From Raillietiella orientalis (Eukaryota), in assembly GCA_036172245.1 (NCBI GenBank), contig JAYWIR010000044.1:1302001-1366000 (forward strand): DNA of 64,000 bases, read 5' to 3'. Below are positions 48,005 to 60,795 of this stretch, piece by piece; the first letter of the stretch is position 1; each line of letters opens with the position of its first letter. The notes below the pieces were generated by a model, which worked only from the letters and a program-made list of their open reading frames with translations, ran no database searches and had not been told where the DNA came from. A program made the translations under genes and the position numbers.

Positions 48005-48520
48005 GGGTGGTCACGGTCTCTGCGCGTGGTGCTACCAAGCATCGCGGGTTCGAATACTCGGAAAGGATCAATGCCGGAGAAATGGTGGTTGCGTCGTGGT
48101 TTCAAGTTTCTTCTGCAAAATGACGGTTAGAGCGGTTAAAACCGGATGCCCCAACGGATGGCCGTGACACTAGGAGTCGACCTCCGGGTCCTTGCAGGAA
48201 ACAGAATCAAGGGAATTTCAAGAAAATTCTGAATTTTGGAAGCGTCCTTTCTGGGGTTCTCTCCGGAGAAGAAATTCCTACTAGCGGATCCTTTCTGGGT
48301 TTCCGCGGCATAAGAAATATGGAGAGGGGGCCCCTACAGGGCCCCTACGAAGAAGACAAGGAATTAGCTTCCCTTCAGGGTTCCCTTCGGAGACAACCAG
48401 GGTGGAAGGTTCCCTTCCGGGATCCCTCCCCAGGCGTGAGAGCAACGGACTCCGAACCCGTCCTGGATTCATAGGGTGGCTTCCATCCGGGGCACCCCTT
48501 ATCTTGAAGAATTGTGGCAT
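48005..48520 (+). mobile_element. tRNA(Ile-like)-headed SINE-like element, copy F
   Basis: gcgtggtgctaccaagcatcgcgggttcgaa resembles metazoan tRNA-Ile(AAT) GCGTGGTGCTAATAACGCCAAGGTCGCGGGTTCGA (recalled). Body gacctccgggtcc...cctggattcatagggtgg with ~40-bp internal repeats. Confidence 0.75.
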
Positions 48521-50599
48521 AGGCTACAAACGTGCCCACACCGTGGCACGAAAAGAGCCCAGGAATTTGTGCCAAGGCGTGGGCACGGATGCATATCGGG
48601 AGAGCTCCTGGACAACGTTATCATCCGGAATCACCACCTCTTCGCGAGCTGGACCACAGTCAAACGGGAAAAGTCAGCACATTTCGGTGGTTGGTGATCT
48701 TCCAGGGAATTGATCGCTTGGGCCCGCTCTCTCCTTTCTTCAGCGTGAGAGAAGCTCCAACCTTCATCGGATCAGTCGCTCTCTGCGAGCGAAACCTCGG
48801 GGTCATTCCTTCTCTCTCCGTGGTAGGAGGATTTCCACGACTCTGAGCACTCTACAGGTTCATCAGCGGAGGAACGGTTTGGATGCTTTGGCTTTGTCGG
48901 TGCCTTCGGAAGACTGGAAAAGACAGGAAGCAGATGGTTGCAGCCGAGCTGAACTCCCTCCCATTAACAAAGTCACGGCTCCTCACTCCAGGAATGGGAA
49001 ACTCAAGATCCCAAAAACTGTTTACCTACGGCTAACGGGGAGAACAAAAAAATGTCGTTCCAGGGCATGAATGGAACGCTGATCTCTTGAAAGGGTTCCG
49101 AAAATGGCATTCACTTGCTCGTCCCGAAGCAGTTCGCTACAAGACAATCAAACCATCACGCAATTCATTGTCTTGGACAGTCGGAGGAGTATTTTGGATC
49201 CCTTACGTAGGCAGACGCTCGACGCTTTGGTTCTTTTGGCTTCGGAAGCAAAGTTTCGAAACAGTGAACGCCGTGCAAGTGACGACCCACGCGAAGAAGG
49301 CGTGCCCGTCTGATCCTTCTCCGTGTGCCTGCCTTCTGCTGCCTTTCCTTCAGCAGTTTCTTTCTCACTCCTCCTCACGCACAGTGGACAAGCATGATCC
49401 CCGGGGATAGCTAGCTTCAATCCCGCATGGAGCGAACATCTGCCAGGACGCACCATCAGATCCGGGACATGTAGGCCAAACCACCTCAGAGGTACAGCCT
49501 GGGGCGACTTGCTCAAGGGCAAAAACTTCTCGCTGAACGCGGATTCCTGACCGCGGCGCTTTCCTGACCTTCGAGGTCAGGAAAGCGCTGCTGTTCGGAT
49601 GCTTGGGAAGCAACTTTCTTCAGACGTGCCTGCCACTGCCGGTTTCCATACTAACAGCTGAGCCGAGACCAATGTAACTGATGTATTCGCAGAGCGAGGA
49701 AGCCAAAATAATCCAAGAAGCATTCAAGAAATTTTCCACCTGGAAAGCACAGCTTATTGATCATATTGGATTGAACATCCGAGCCTACTCGTAGCCGTTC
49801 CTCAAGGAGTTCTTAATCTTCCGCCATATTGTACGTGTTGATCACTGCTCTGATCCCAGTTAGCAATTCTTTGGGTTGCAGACTTCCTTTGTAGACGAAA
49901 TTAGTTGGCAACACCTTGGGACGTTCATCCTCCGACGGCCGAAAAGAGAGCAGTCACGAAGCGTGAGGAATTGATGCCTATTGGTCAAAGCCAGTCTGAC
50001 TGGATGGAGGAGCTCGTTTCCGACTTGGGCTTATGGGATTTCCTCCAGGAAGGTAAATCACAAAAAGGCAACCGAATCGCTGAATCGCGAACCTTTCTCC
50101 CTGCCCACAGCACAGAGTTTGCGGCGGGCTTGGCTGACTCCAGACGGAAGACATCGGTTCAGCAGAGTGGTGAGCGCCTCTTGGTTTAAGGAGCGGATCA
50201 TCGTAAAGCTCACCTCCTCGCACGCAATGGACGGCCCCAGAGGACTTCCCTTCCCTCTCTTGTTGAGGATGTTCTTGGTGTCCCTTCTGGTTCAAGTAAC
50301 GAATTATTGTGAAGCTCATCTTCCACACACTGGACAGTTCCGGTCGAGTTACATCTTTTGCTGGCAGTGTTCCTGGACCAGGCAGGATGCGCCCGCTCTC
50401 TCGCACACAGGAAGTGAGGGCATGCATCGACGGTTTCATCCACTTCAAATCGAGATGATTCATGGTCGTGAGGAAGGGCTAGGATCATCTCAAGGCCCCC
50501 AGATTTTCAAAGCCGCAGCCAGTTCAGATGGATGGAACGGAGTTGATCTGGAAGCATTTGAGGGCGAAGAAGGTTTCAGGAGATGATGTATGGAAGTAC

Positions 50600-51240
50600 C
50601 ATGCCTAAGTCGGCGAGGGAGAAAGGTGCCACTGAGTGATCAACTCTTGTAGCTGTATGATGAAAACAAAGTGCGTCATCACCCCCATGATATCGGCTGG
50701 ATTCCATTCTCATCTTGTTGATCACATCCGTGTTGAGGAAGCGGGAAAGAAGGGATGGAGGGAGGAAAAGGGGAGGTGGGTGCAGATTTCGACCCGCTCT
50801 CTTCAACCCGTTCTCATGTTTACCCTGCGATGGGTCCTGCGTTTGGAGAGTCAGCCCATCTGATATGGTTCATACTCTGATGTTTTTGTGCCCCCTTTTC
50901 TCATAAGATAGCTCGGCAAGTGCCCTAGCTAATTTCAGAGGGTGCAGCTTGGGCATTTGGGCACAACTTCTCTTTGCTGTCACTGTCCTTGCGTGGGGCC
51001 CACAAACTCGGGACTTGACCACGTGCGCGCGTCGGTCATTCCCTCGTTGATGCGTAGTTCTTCAAGGATAGTTGACATCCGCAAGCTTCCCATTTTGAAA
51101 GGACCCAATGGCATTCTTCTGAGCCATGTTCCACAAAAATTTCAGAACCTTGATGGTTCGGTCACTACCGCGTCCATGGACACATAGACAGTGATCCACC
51201 TTAGATTGATCACCATGTAGAGGTAAGGAAAACCTTCATT
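50600..51240 (-). mobile_element. Decayed RT thumb fragment
   Basis: EGFPYLYMVIN (cf. YxYLGV), MPLGPFKM (cf. PLxPxQK). Confidence 0.4.
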
Positions 51241-51249
51241 TCCTTAACA

Positions 51250-51850
51250 CATGTTGACGACCTTGATAGGCAGCGAGGGGAGCAACGCTACATTTGCATA
51301 GCTCCATCTCCTTGCTGCCGCCGGGCATTATCAGTATTGGAGAAGACCTCCAGCAGATAGAAGACCACGAACAGATTGGGGCGAGGCATTAGCTCACACC
51401 CTACATCAATGCGTGAGCCACTCATCCCTATACAGGGCTAGGCATGATTCCATAGCTGCAAGACTAAAGGAAGCTGCAGCCACCAATGCTGGATGGACTC
51501 TGATGTCAGTCAGCTTATGTGGCAGAACGCGATTCCACCCTCAGCCCAGAATTAGTGCTTCAGAAGGAACAATCGAGGGATGGTGTTTAGTGTTTGCTGC
51601 CCGTCCGCAAATGACAACGTCAGAAGGGATAAAGACATGAGATACCAAGACATAGTCCTGAAAAAGTGCCGGAGCGACCTACGAGCCAAAATTCATGCAT
51701 TCATTCTTGGAACTTTGATAAAATTCTATTCGACTCAAGCATCCCGCACCTGTACTCAAAGATGGGGCAACTCATGGTTGTCTTTTGTATGCGCTGTAGT
51801 ATTTACTGTGTTTCTGAGACTCCATGATGATGCCTCCAGTCCCAGGCGAC
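51250..51850 (+). mobile_element. NeSL/Utopia-like CCHC-RLE domain remnant
   Basis: HSSLYRARHDSIAARLKEAA and SVCCPSAN..RRDKDMRYQDI..IHAFILGTL match RHxxI..RL..A / DVxCPF.N / KxxKY / GxLG of RLE retroposons. Confidence 0.75.
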
Positions 51851-51940
51851 ATTTGCAAGAGGGCGCTGGGCATGGGCAGTAACCAGAAGATGGCACTGAC
51901 TTGGACCAGGAACATCGGAATGATCACCACCCTAAAGAAC

Positions 51941-52140
51941 TTATATCAAACGGTTCCATGATCCAAGGGTTCCAGACTCAAGGAGATTAGTAAGATGGCT
52001 TGGATCCATCATTTTCATTGTATTACATTTTACTTGCAACAAAATATGAGTCCCTGTCGAAAGCCTTGAGAGTCCCTTGGAGATATGCGAAGTGAGGCAG
52101 CTTGTGATCGCTTCAGAGATCAAAAGCACCTGCTGCATTT
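51941..52140 (-). mobile_element. RLE domain remnant
   Basis: GTLGSWN motif in ORF 51941-52138. Confidence 0.45.
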
Positions 52141-52899
52141 ACTGAACTCATCGGCTTGGACGTCAGTCAATTGATGCCGATAACCAACGGGAACCAGAAG
52201 AGGAGAACCCAGGAACAGCAGTACTTGAACGGGATGAACGGTGTTGCCGAAGAGGACAGCTGAGAACGAGCTAACGAACGGTGACCTCTTCTGATTCCGG
52301 CGTGACCGCGAGTCCCATTAGTAAGACAAGTGAAGCTCCACCCCTTACATGGTTTCCTGTACGCTGCGTGTGCTTTTGCTAATCGAGTCCGCTTGACCAC
52401 CGCTTTCCTCTGTCCGCTGCGGAGGTCGAATGGCTTTAGCAGCACAGGGGCGGAGGTGCATTGGTTCTCATTCCTATCATAGTAAATTACTTATTTTCGA
52501 GTATCAGAAGAGACAAACCTCTTATTTAGGCATGCCAGGTTATTTATTTAGAAAAAAAATCCATGCAAAATTAGAGAATACGAAAGGAAAAGACGTTTTC
52601 ACTGCTTCAGCGAGGGATGGAACTTCCTGGAGCATCACTGGAGAGGTGGAGAAAGCGCGAGTGAATGGATCGTGCAGATGGGAGGCCTATGAGCGAGTAG
52701 GTGAACAGGACGGACACAGACTGTCCTCGTGTCGGATGTCGCAGGCGATTCCCGGGGCATGCATCGGAAGGGGACGGAAGACGAGGAAAGGAGTTCTTTC
52801 GTAGCTTCTTTCAAGTTCCCTGGAGGTCTCCTTGATTTCGTCTTCCAGGTCGGGTCATTCGCTCGTGCCTCGCACGAGTGTCGCTACAGGCCCTGATGG

Positions 52900-54050
52900 G
52901 GCAGCACACTTTCTTCATCTCGGATTAAGCAGCTGCTGCGGGTGACAGAAGATGCCCAGAGAAGAGGCGACCAGAAAAGGCTAAAAGGATGGTGGTTCTT
53001 CTCAGCAGGTCCTTTTCACTGTGGACCTTCAAAGCGCCACCCTGCGATATGCGTCTAGCTTTGTCCCGGCTCAGTGCTTTCCGGAAATATGTGCACCTCC
53101 AGTAAGATGGCGACGTGCTGGCATTTGAAAGGGAAGAACAGAAATGACCGATCAGGAACGATTTTGGAATTTGAGTATTTGATGGGAGGAGTCCAAAAAT
53201 GCTGCAAACAGACTATGTCGACTGGAAAGTTGTAAAAGACGCGTCCGCAGCAGCCATTTAAAGTTCTGATCTTTAGCAAAAGAACTTCCTGTTGCCTCTC
53301 CACTTTAATTGTCATGTGTCCTCGAATGCCTTCGAAAATTCTCCTTCAGAAACATTATTAGGTCACTAGGACACATCTTGGCGGACTTTATGAGGTGGTC
53401 CATCTTCTGGAGAGACTCAGGAGCCAGCGCTGACGCTTTACACCATGTCTGAGAAGCTCATGACGTCTTGAGGATGTTCTTTCTTCCTTCCAGGTTTAGA
53501 CATTTCTCCGCGCATGCTCGAATGGGACCACACGAATGCTCCTTCAGGCTACCCGATGGCGTCTGAAAAGTGCTCTAAGGGGAGGCCATTTTTAATTTTT
53601 GACAGAAAAAAACGTTCGATTCCCTGGTTCTCGATGCCTGTTCTCTTCAGACTTTTGGATGGATTTGCAGACCTCAGAGAAGGCATTTGTGTAGAAAGCG
53701 GAAAAAAAAGAAGAAACCCGTGGCAACCGGAAGAATGTTCTTTCAAGCCTGGCGAAACTACTCCGAAGCCTTCCAGAACGCTCAACAGGTGCAGACCCTG
53801 CGTCCCCTAAGGATGCATTCGTCTTTATGCTTCGGTTTTCGCGGAAGTGGTTGTTTCTGGAAGCGGTGCGAAGAGTTGCAATCCTGGTACCTTCCCCGTG
53901 CTCTCTGCACGCTTCCGCACCGAACCGCTGTTTGAACTTCCCGGTTTCACACGACTCTTTTCCCCATTCCGATGGTTTTTTCTTCAACGAAGAGCACGTC
54001 TACTCCGCCATTTTGGAAGCCCGACTGCAGAAACGGTTTGCCCGATAATG
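52900..54050 (-). mobile_element. Decayed RT (motif 4 to thumb)
   Basis: GTQGLHLLSVL, GLQIHPKV (cf. GLxINPxK), LNLEGRKNILK..LQKMDHLIK. Confidence 0.5.
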
Positions 54051-54059
54051 ACGTCATCT

Positions 54060-57000
54060 GCTCTACGTTCCTGTGAATGGACGTTTTTTAAATTTGAGGT
54101 TTAATCTACTATTGTCAGTCGAGGGACTGACAATAGTAGATTTCGGTATGCGTCCCGTTGGCAGCTCCTGGTATTGAAACTCCTGCACCTACCCAACAGG
54201 GATCCTTACCATTCAATGGCATCCTTTCTCCAGCAACGAGTTGATTTAACGAGTTCCTTCCTAACCTCACTGAAACGCTCCAAGTGGAATTTCCAGATTC
54301 GAACACAGCAGTGATCTTCCGTGGCTTTCCAATTAGCCTGTCCTTAACAGCTTCATGCGAGCTCTGTCCTATCGACGTCCCGAAAAGGCGAATCGTGGTT
54401 CAGTCTCACTCCCAATAAATAACATCGCAGAGTGGATGATGACCTCGTGGCAAACATGACTGTGACCGGAAGCAACTTGATATGGAAAGAGTCGAATTCG
54501 ATGTTCTGAAAGTCCGAACATCCCTACGTCCAGAATTAGTGATTTGAGATTCATTTGATCGCAAGAGAGAAAGAACAGTGACTGTTTCTGCTGGGCAGTC
54601 ACTGTTCTTTCTCTCTTGCTATCAAAGAAACAGCGCGGATAAGAATATGACTAGGAGAATAAGCGAGGGATGGAACTCCATATGGATGAGTATCTCAGTG
54701 GGTACTAAGAGAACGTTATTGGGTGATAGAAAATCTGCATGGATTGACGTGACTATTGTGGAAACCTGATATTCCTGAGAGAAAGGAACCACGTAACCAA
54801 AACACTTGAGATGCTCTGCCCCTTCGAAACAGCCTTCAGGAAAAAGAGCGGAAGATGCAATCCTGCTTCCGTTGCGCAAACGGTGCGCCAGGGAGCGCAA
54901 CAAATGACCACCCATCCTCCCTTCCATTTCATTCTCCACTCAAGGCAGTGCTTCCGCGGGGGTTTCTTCGAATCGTACAGTGGCTGGTCCCTCCTGAGTT
55001 CCAGTGTATCTCGAGGGAGTGATCCGCACTGGAGTGCGGTGTCTCCTTCCTCATGCACCCCAACCATCGCTCGAAGGCCTCCATTTCTCCTGAAGACTTG
55101 CCTCATCCGACAGAGGGAGGTCCCTCTGTGGCCGCCCTGCCGGGAACTTGCGCTACTCTCCCGGCAGAGGGGACAGCCCATCCACTGCTCTGCTGCCTTC
55201 GTCCTGTCTCCTTCGGTGTTTCAGCAGAAGATTCATGGAGCAGCTGACTCCCATCGGCCATCATTACTTCTATCATTGCACCACCATTGCTTTACTTACA
55301 CCACAAACGACGACACCGTCATCCCCGGATGACCCCGGAACACCAGATGTGGTCCGGTCTTTGCGTCCGTTTCGCGAAGAGGGTCGATTGGAGGCCACTT
55401 TTGTTGATCGGGGTCAGCAAGAGTGTTGGAGAATGCCCTCTGGAGACTCCTGGTTTGACTTCCATGGACTCCACGTGTGCAACACAAACAAGAGCATCCT
55501 CTTTCACGCTTCTTCTTAAACGATGCATGCCAGTCTTCGAGTGCTTGTCACATGTGGAATGACTCCTTTCTACTGAAGCAGGGTCAAAACTCCCTGCTAG
55601 ACATCGCTTGGCTGCTGCTAGCCGGCATTCCCCAACGCCGTCTTCTCGGACTTCTGCTAAGAAGCCGCAGACGCCGCACGCAGAGGATTGGAGCTCGTGG
55701 GGCTGTTTCTTCCCGCGCCAAGCAGGAAACGGAACCAAGGGATACCTAGGAAGACGATGAGACTGCACGCTCGAAGCCCACCCGTGGCGTTCGAGGAAGC
55801 ACACTGAAGAAGAAGAAAACAGGAGAATCGTGGGAAGCACGCACTGAGCTGCTGCTCTTTCCTCGTAGGAGCTGGAGCACAAGCTAGCGCGGTTACGTTT
55901 GGGTCATCAGGAGGTCTCAGGAATGCCACGTTCGACGATTTTCTCCGAGATGGTAAAAAAGCAGCTCTTCTCTTCTTGAGAAAATGCATAAAACAAAGCC
56001 AGCAAATGGACCAGAGATGAAAATGGGAATCGAGAACTCTGGAAAGATCGTAACTCCTTCTTCCTAGGTAACCTCCTCGTCTCGAGAGAGGAAGCTCCTT
56101 AGAATTTGCAGCTCCGGCATATTGTAGTTCAAGAAACACCAGTGATCTTCAGATGACCCGACGACACTCTCATGGATCTCGCCGCATCTCCAGAGCGGCG
56201 ATATTCTCCGAGGACGGGCAACTCCTGGGCGAACCAGCTCGGCGAGACGATGGTCTCGTCCCAGAATTTAACATAGCAGATATATCGGCAGGGTGCAGTG
56301 GGCAGGGCACCTTGCACCCTATGTGGTTAATTTCCCAGAAGATGGGGAGCCCCTAGCCTCATGCGACTCTGGAAATCGAGCGGGCACTCTCGAGCCAACA
56401 GGGAAAAGGACTAGCACTGGGCGGGACAGGTGCTACGCGATTTGACAGCGCATCCATTTTAACAAGGGGGTGCTGCCGACTTCGAACATCCTGAGCGCAA
56501 CGGCCCTCCCTTAACAACGAGGAAGCTCCACGGAGTGGGCACGCGTGACGTGCCGCAGCGCTTTCCCTCATATGGAAGCGTGGGTGCGGCTGCCGACTGG
56601 CTAGGGAAGGGGGAGTTTCTCGTTGCTTCAGAGCGGGAGTCGTCTCAAGGACTTTTGGATGACGGCGCCATTTGCAGCTGCTCCGAGACGTTCTCGACAT
56701 CCCTTTGGATGGTCCACGACATCCTCCTAGACCTGCCGGTGGCAACAGGAAACGTCACTTTTCGCGTGTTAGGAGGCCCGTGTTCGCAGCTCCGGAGGCG
56801 CTGGAAGAGAAGGAACCTCGTTCCCGGTCCACGCCAGCCGAGTAGGGATTCCGAATCGCCTTCGCATCTCTTCCTGGGCAGTGCGCTCCTCTGCATTGGA
56901 TGGCAACGCATGGCGGCAGCCCTGCCGTGCCCCTCGGGAAATCTGTGCCGCAGGCACTCCCGGTGCAGCCTCTCGTTAGGTGCGGTCATCGCAACGATCT

Positions 57001-57100
57001 GTTGCTTCCGCGCCATCGTCATGGCCCGCCACCAGCTGGAGTCGTGGGCAGTTCCTAGAGGAATCACCTAGATTGCCGACGTCAACATGATGACGGCAGC
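54060..57100 (-). mobile_element. Near full-length decayed RLE-type non-LTR element (ZF, RT, CCHC/RLE)
   Basis: LHRECLRHRFP (ZF-like); VSPSWF..RSGDAARSMR (RT1/2); LSRRGGYLGRRSYD and LCFMHFLKK (RT2a/3); GSETE..RAR/HEAVKDRLI (CCHC-RH) near 54400-54330. Confidence 0.6.
54554..54626. repeat. Long near-perfect hairpin
   Basis: 24-bp perfect arms 54561-54584 / 54596-54619, plus 6 further bp after one mismatch; 11-nt loop. Confidence 0.95.
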
Positions 57101-57823
57101 CAGGTGGCCTCATCTGAAAGAAGAAGTAAGGATGGAGATCCATGGCATCCAACGCCGGTTCTGAAAGGATGGAACGGCCGAATTCAAAGACCCCTTTTCT
57201 CCAGCCCTGGTATCTTTTTTTGTATTTTTTAAGTATGTATTTGTGGTCCTCTTCCTTTGGTGTGACCGACAAGCGTATCGGAGAGTCCTCCCCTCGAACT
57301 TCTTTTCCTTTAGTCTGGGAAATTCGTTTCCAAATGGTCTGTCCTCTTTTTGGAATAAACGCTCCGGTGTAACCGGGTGGAAAGCACTCCAAACCGGCCG
57401 GCGATGCAAGGGACCTCTCGCCACGCGGCAGGTCCGCAGGAGGCAGCCATTGACTCTGATTCGTTCCTAATGCGATGATGACCTCACCTTCCCCGGGTCT
57501 GATCCCAAGGAGTTCGTCCCACGGAGAGAGGCGCAGCACAGAAACCCAGCCACCCTTTCTCCCTTCCTTTCTTGGAGACAACGGACATTAGAGACCAGTG
57601 TCCGCCCCTACACCATGACCAATTTGAACCTATTTTATTGATTTGCATCCCCTACTCAATCTCTTCGTGTCGGGCGCGCTCCCCTCTTGGCGGCCAAACC
57701 CCGCACCGGCACCTGGAAGCGCCTCTCCGACTCGCTACTACGCGTGTGTCCATTTGATGTTGATGGACGGACGGGCGTGGCCGCGCTGAAAGCAGGGAGG
57801 AAACCCGAGAGTCTGACCCGAGA

Positions 57824-57918
57824 GTTCTTTGCCGAGAGGGAGACGGAAACCAAGGAAGATTTTCCACCCTGAATTCTCTTCGGCGCCGCTCTTCTAATCA
57901 AACCTCTCGGCAAAGAAC
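57824..57918. repeat. 16-bp perfect inverted repeat with 63-nt spacer
   Basis: GTTCTTTGCCGAGAGG at 57824-57839 / CCTCTCGGCAAAGAAC at 57903-57918. Confidence 0.9.
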
Positions 57919-57926
57919 CGCCCTCT

Positions 57927-58274
57927 CTAGTGCATCTCTGATGGATGATAGGTTTCCTTGTCGTGTCGGCGCAGGCGCGCGCACGTGCAGGGGCGTAAAC
58001 GGAAAGGCAAAGAAGGGGAGCTACGGGAGTGGGTGGGGAAGGGAGAAACGCTAAGGGGAGCTCTCTGGAAGTGGTCCCTCTTGATTATCATGGGTTTCTG
58101 GAAACCTCCGCATCGAGCAGGAGCGCGCTTCCGGAGCTGGCCGCTCTGTCCTAGACGTATGCGCCCTTGTCCCGTGTTCCCTCCCATCCTAGCCACAACC
58201 ACCACGATGCTTACGGCGCGGTTCTCCCAATAGGGATGGAGTCTCTGAAGCCGGAAGCGGTTCGCAAGCTTCAT
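57927..58274 (-). mobile_element. Decayed gag-like ORF1 fragment of a LINE
   Basis: GRIRLG..LRKRAPARCGGFQK resembles the GxIxIG...RCxxCQ zinc-knuckle start of LINE ORF1. Confidence 0.35.
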
Positions 58275-59149
58275 ATCCCTTCTGTTTGATCTGCGAGCAG
58301 CGAGTTTCCTAGGGAGCGACTCTCATCTTTTCTGGACCTCCCTTTTCTCTCACGAGAGGTAGGAAACGGTACACACTGTTCGTCATTTCCTACCTCCGAG
58401 GGGGAATTTTCCTCTGATCGGGAGGAGCGGAGAAAAGGGAGCGAGGGCGAAGAGCGTTGCCCCGCATTCAAGGAAGTGTCGGATCCTATCGAGGCAAGCA
58501 GATCTATTGAGAGATGGCGAAGGACGGAACCTTCCGCGCGAGTCGCGAGCGGCTCCGAGCGGCCGAAGTCAAGTTCCTCCGTGCAGGAGGGGAGGCATCT
58601 TGCCGAAAAATTTACTGTGACGACCGGCTGAAGAGGAAGGCATCCACTCGGGAGCGAGACGGGAAAACGCTCACACGCTTTCCAGCTAGAAGAAGCGACA
58701 GGCCAATCGACTTGGCAGCCTCCTGACGAGACAGCGAAGTCATACAATATTTATACTCTCCCCTCTCATACAAGGATATGCGTGATGTTTGCTTTGCAGA
58801 AATGGATACACACCGAAGGTAAACAATTTTGTGTGCAGAAATTCCTTCCTCAGTCCAGGAGGATTCGGGAATCTGGGCTTAGTCATCACATTTTGTTATT
58901 GGCATCGTTCCGTTTCCCGGATGATTTCGTGAAAGCTCCTCCTCACGAGCAGGGAGACTCCGGAAAGAGAAGGAATTCGCTCTCGATTCGAAAGGCAGAG
59001 CCTGAAACGCCCGAGCTGGCTAGAGCGGAAGGGGAGGACTGTCTCCATGCCGACCGATTGAGAGCTCTCCAGTCTTCTGAAGTCGACAGCTGCTTTGAGC
59101 CACTCACGTGCCCGGAATCGCGGAACACTTACAGACGGGTTCAGTGACT

Positions 59150-60100
59150 TGTTCCCCAAAGTCCTAGGTCCAGTTATCGAGAAACGACGGCAAACCCCGC
59201 CAAGGCGAGGTAGCTTGAGAATGCTTGGGTCCGGAGACGTCAAAAGAAAAGTCTCCAGGCTCTGGAGTGAATGCCAGGAATCTCTGAATATCTGATAGAG
59301 GGTTTCCCGCCAAGTTGGTAGTTGGTCACGTTCCTTCTGGAAGAATGAACTTGACCCAAACGTTCGCTAAGAAGGAGCCCAGAGGCACCGCTAGGGTAAC
59401 CACTTTCGGCTGTCACACGCTAAAGACTAGTCACACGCCCGCGTTGTCTGCCGTGTGACTGAGGTATCCGCGCGTGGTACCAAACGTCAGAGGTTTGAAT
59501 CTCACCCAGATAGGGGCCGATGCCGAGAAACGAGTGCGTCGTGGCTTCGCAGTCCCTCCTGCAAGACGACGCTGGTGAGCCCACGGGCTCTGGATTCCGC
59601 ACTGGTTTTTCACCCAGGTTCTCTGAGCATCACGCACGAAGAGGCGCTCCAACACGTCCCTTGGATTGTCCGTCGGTACACCAAGGGCCGTTGTGTAACG
59701 CAACCACAGGAACCGGAGAGCATCACAATCTACAAGCAGATGTGGGAGTCCACAAGCAGGGATCGGCGCCTTGGAGTGCACCCAAGCAGTAGCACCCCAC
59801 CTTCCCAAAGCCTCGTTGGAAGGGAACTTTTTGATGCGGTTCCTGGGATTACAAGCGTCACTGATGGGATTACAAGCGTCCCGTTGAGAGTGGCAGCCAC
59901 CAAGAGGAATCAGGGGTTGACGCCTTGGCGAGCCAATGTCCAACCTCCCTGGAAGGCGCTCAACTCGTTCGTTTCCAGTGCGCCACCGCCTTTGCCCGAG
60001 GCCACTGTCGGACAGACGCACAGAGGCGAAGAGGAACGGCGGCTCCCGCGACCTGCCCCTGCCGGTTTCCAGGAGCGGAAGGCGAAGCGGGCAGGCGGCA
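59150..60100 (+). mobile_element. Decayed L1/Tx1-like ORF2 C-terminus (zf-RVT-like), interrupted by SINE head copy G (59455-59600)
   Basis: SFWKN (thumb-like), VPWIVRRY..IYKQMWESTSRDRRLGV (zf-RVT-like). Head cgcgtggtaccaa..ggtttgaatctc..gccgagaaacgagtgcg..gacgacgctggt. Confidence 0.45.
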
Positions 60101-60294
60101 TCTCGCGGCCTACCTACGGCTCCAGGATATACGCCACCTGGTGAAGGTTGTGCTCAGGCGTCTGGGTTCGCTCGACCCTCTCGCACGGAACGGATGGCCC
60201 GACGGCTGCCTCCAATGGAAGGAAGATGGGGTCAGGCTCATCCATATGGAGATGCAAGGACGACCTGAGGACGATCCCGAAAAAGAAGGAAATG

Positions 60295-60690
60295 TCCGCG
60301 TCGGCACATTGCACGCTCAGCGAGTTCGAATCCCTCCCGGAAAGAACCGACGCCGGGAACGGGGGTGCGTCGTGGGTTTCGAGTTCCCACCACAGGATGA
60401 CTCTGGTTGGCCTATTCGGGCGCGGCGCCGGTGGAAGTCGGAAACCGAATGACCCCACTGAACCTCCGGGATCTGGTAGTTGACCCCCCGGGTTCTTTCC
60501 AGGGATCAAGGAGTCTCTGGATTTCTCCTCCGGTTATGAAAATGGAGCCTTTTGCGTACCATGAAGCTGGTTGATGATCCCCTCGTGAGTTGCCTCTAAA
60601 GAGTGTTAAGAAGTGCGCTGATCCCTTCGGGGAACGTTCTTTCGGGGTTCTCTTCAGAGGAGAGTACAAAGAGAGGAACATTCCCTTCTG
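60295..60690 (+). mobile_element. tRNA-headed SINE-like element, copy H
   Basis: AGTTCGAATCC at 60323-60333, caggatgactctggttgg, and 60481-60661 homologous to 33773-33970. Confidence 0.75.
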
Positions 60691-60795
60691 AGAAGAAGCA
60701 GCGGATGTTGCGACTACGAGTGTTCTTCCACGAGGACTACAGAGCTGGAGCAAGCTGCCCCTAGTGCTCAAGGATAGCAGCGCCCTCACCCTGAA

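Noticed and set aside
59844..59880. Alu-like sequence (tgggattacaagcgt)
   Set aside because: Only a 16-bp local tandem duplication; no other Alu similarity.
4075..60340. Functional tRNA genes at the GGTTCGAA motifs
   Set aside because: No acceptor or anticodon stems can be formed and A-boxes are eroded; the shared downstream body indicates SINE heads.
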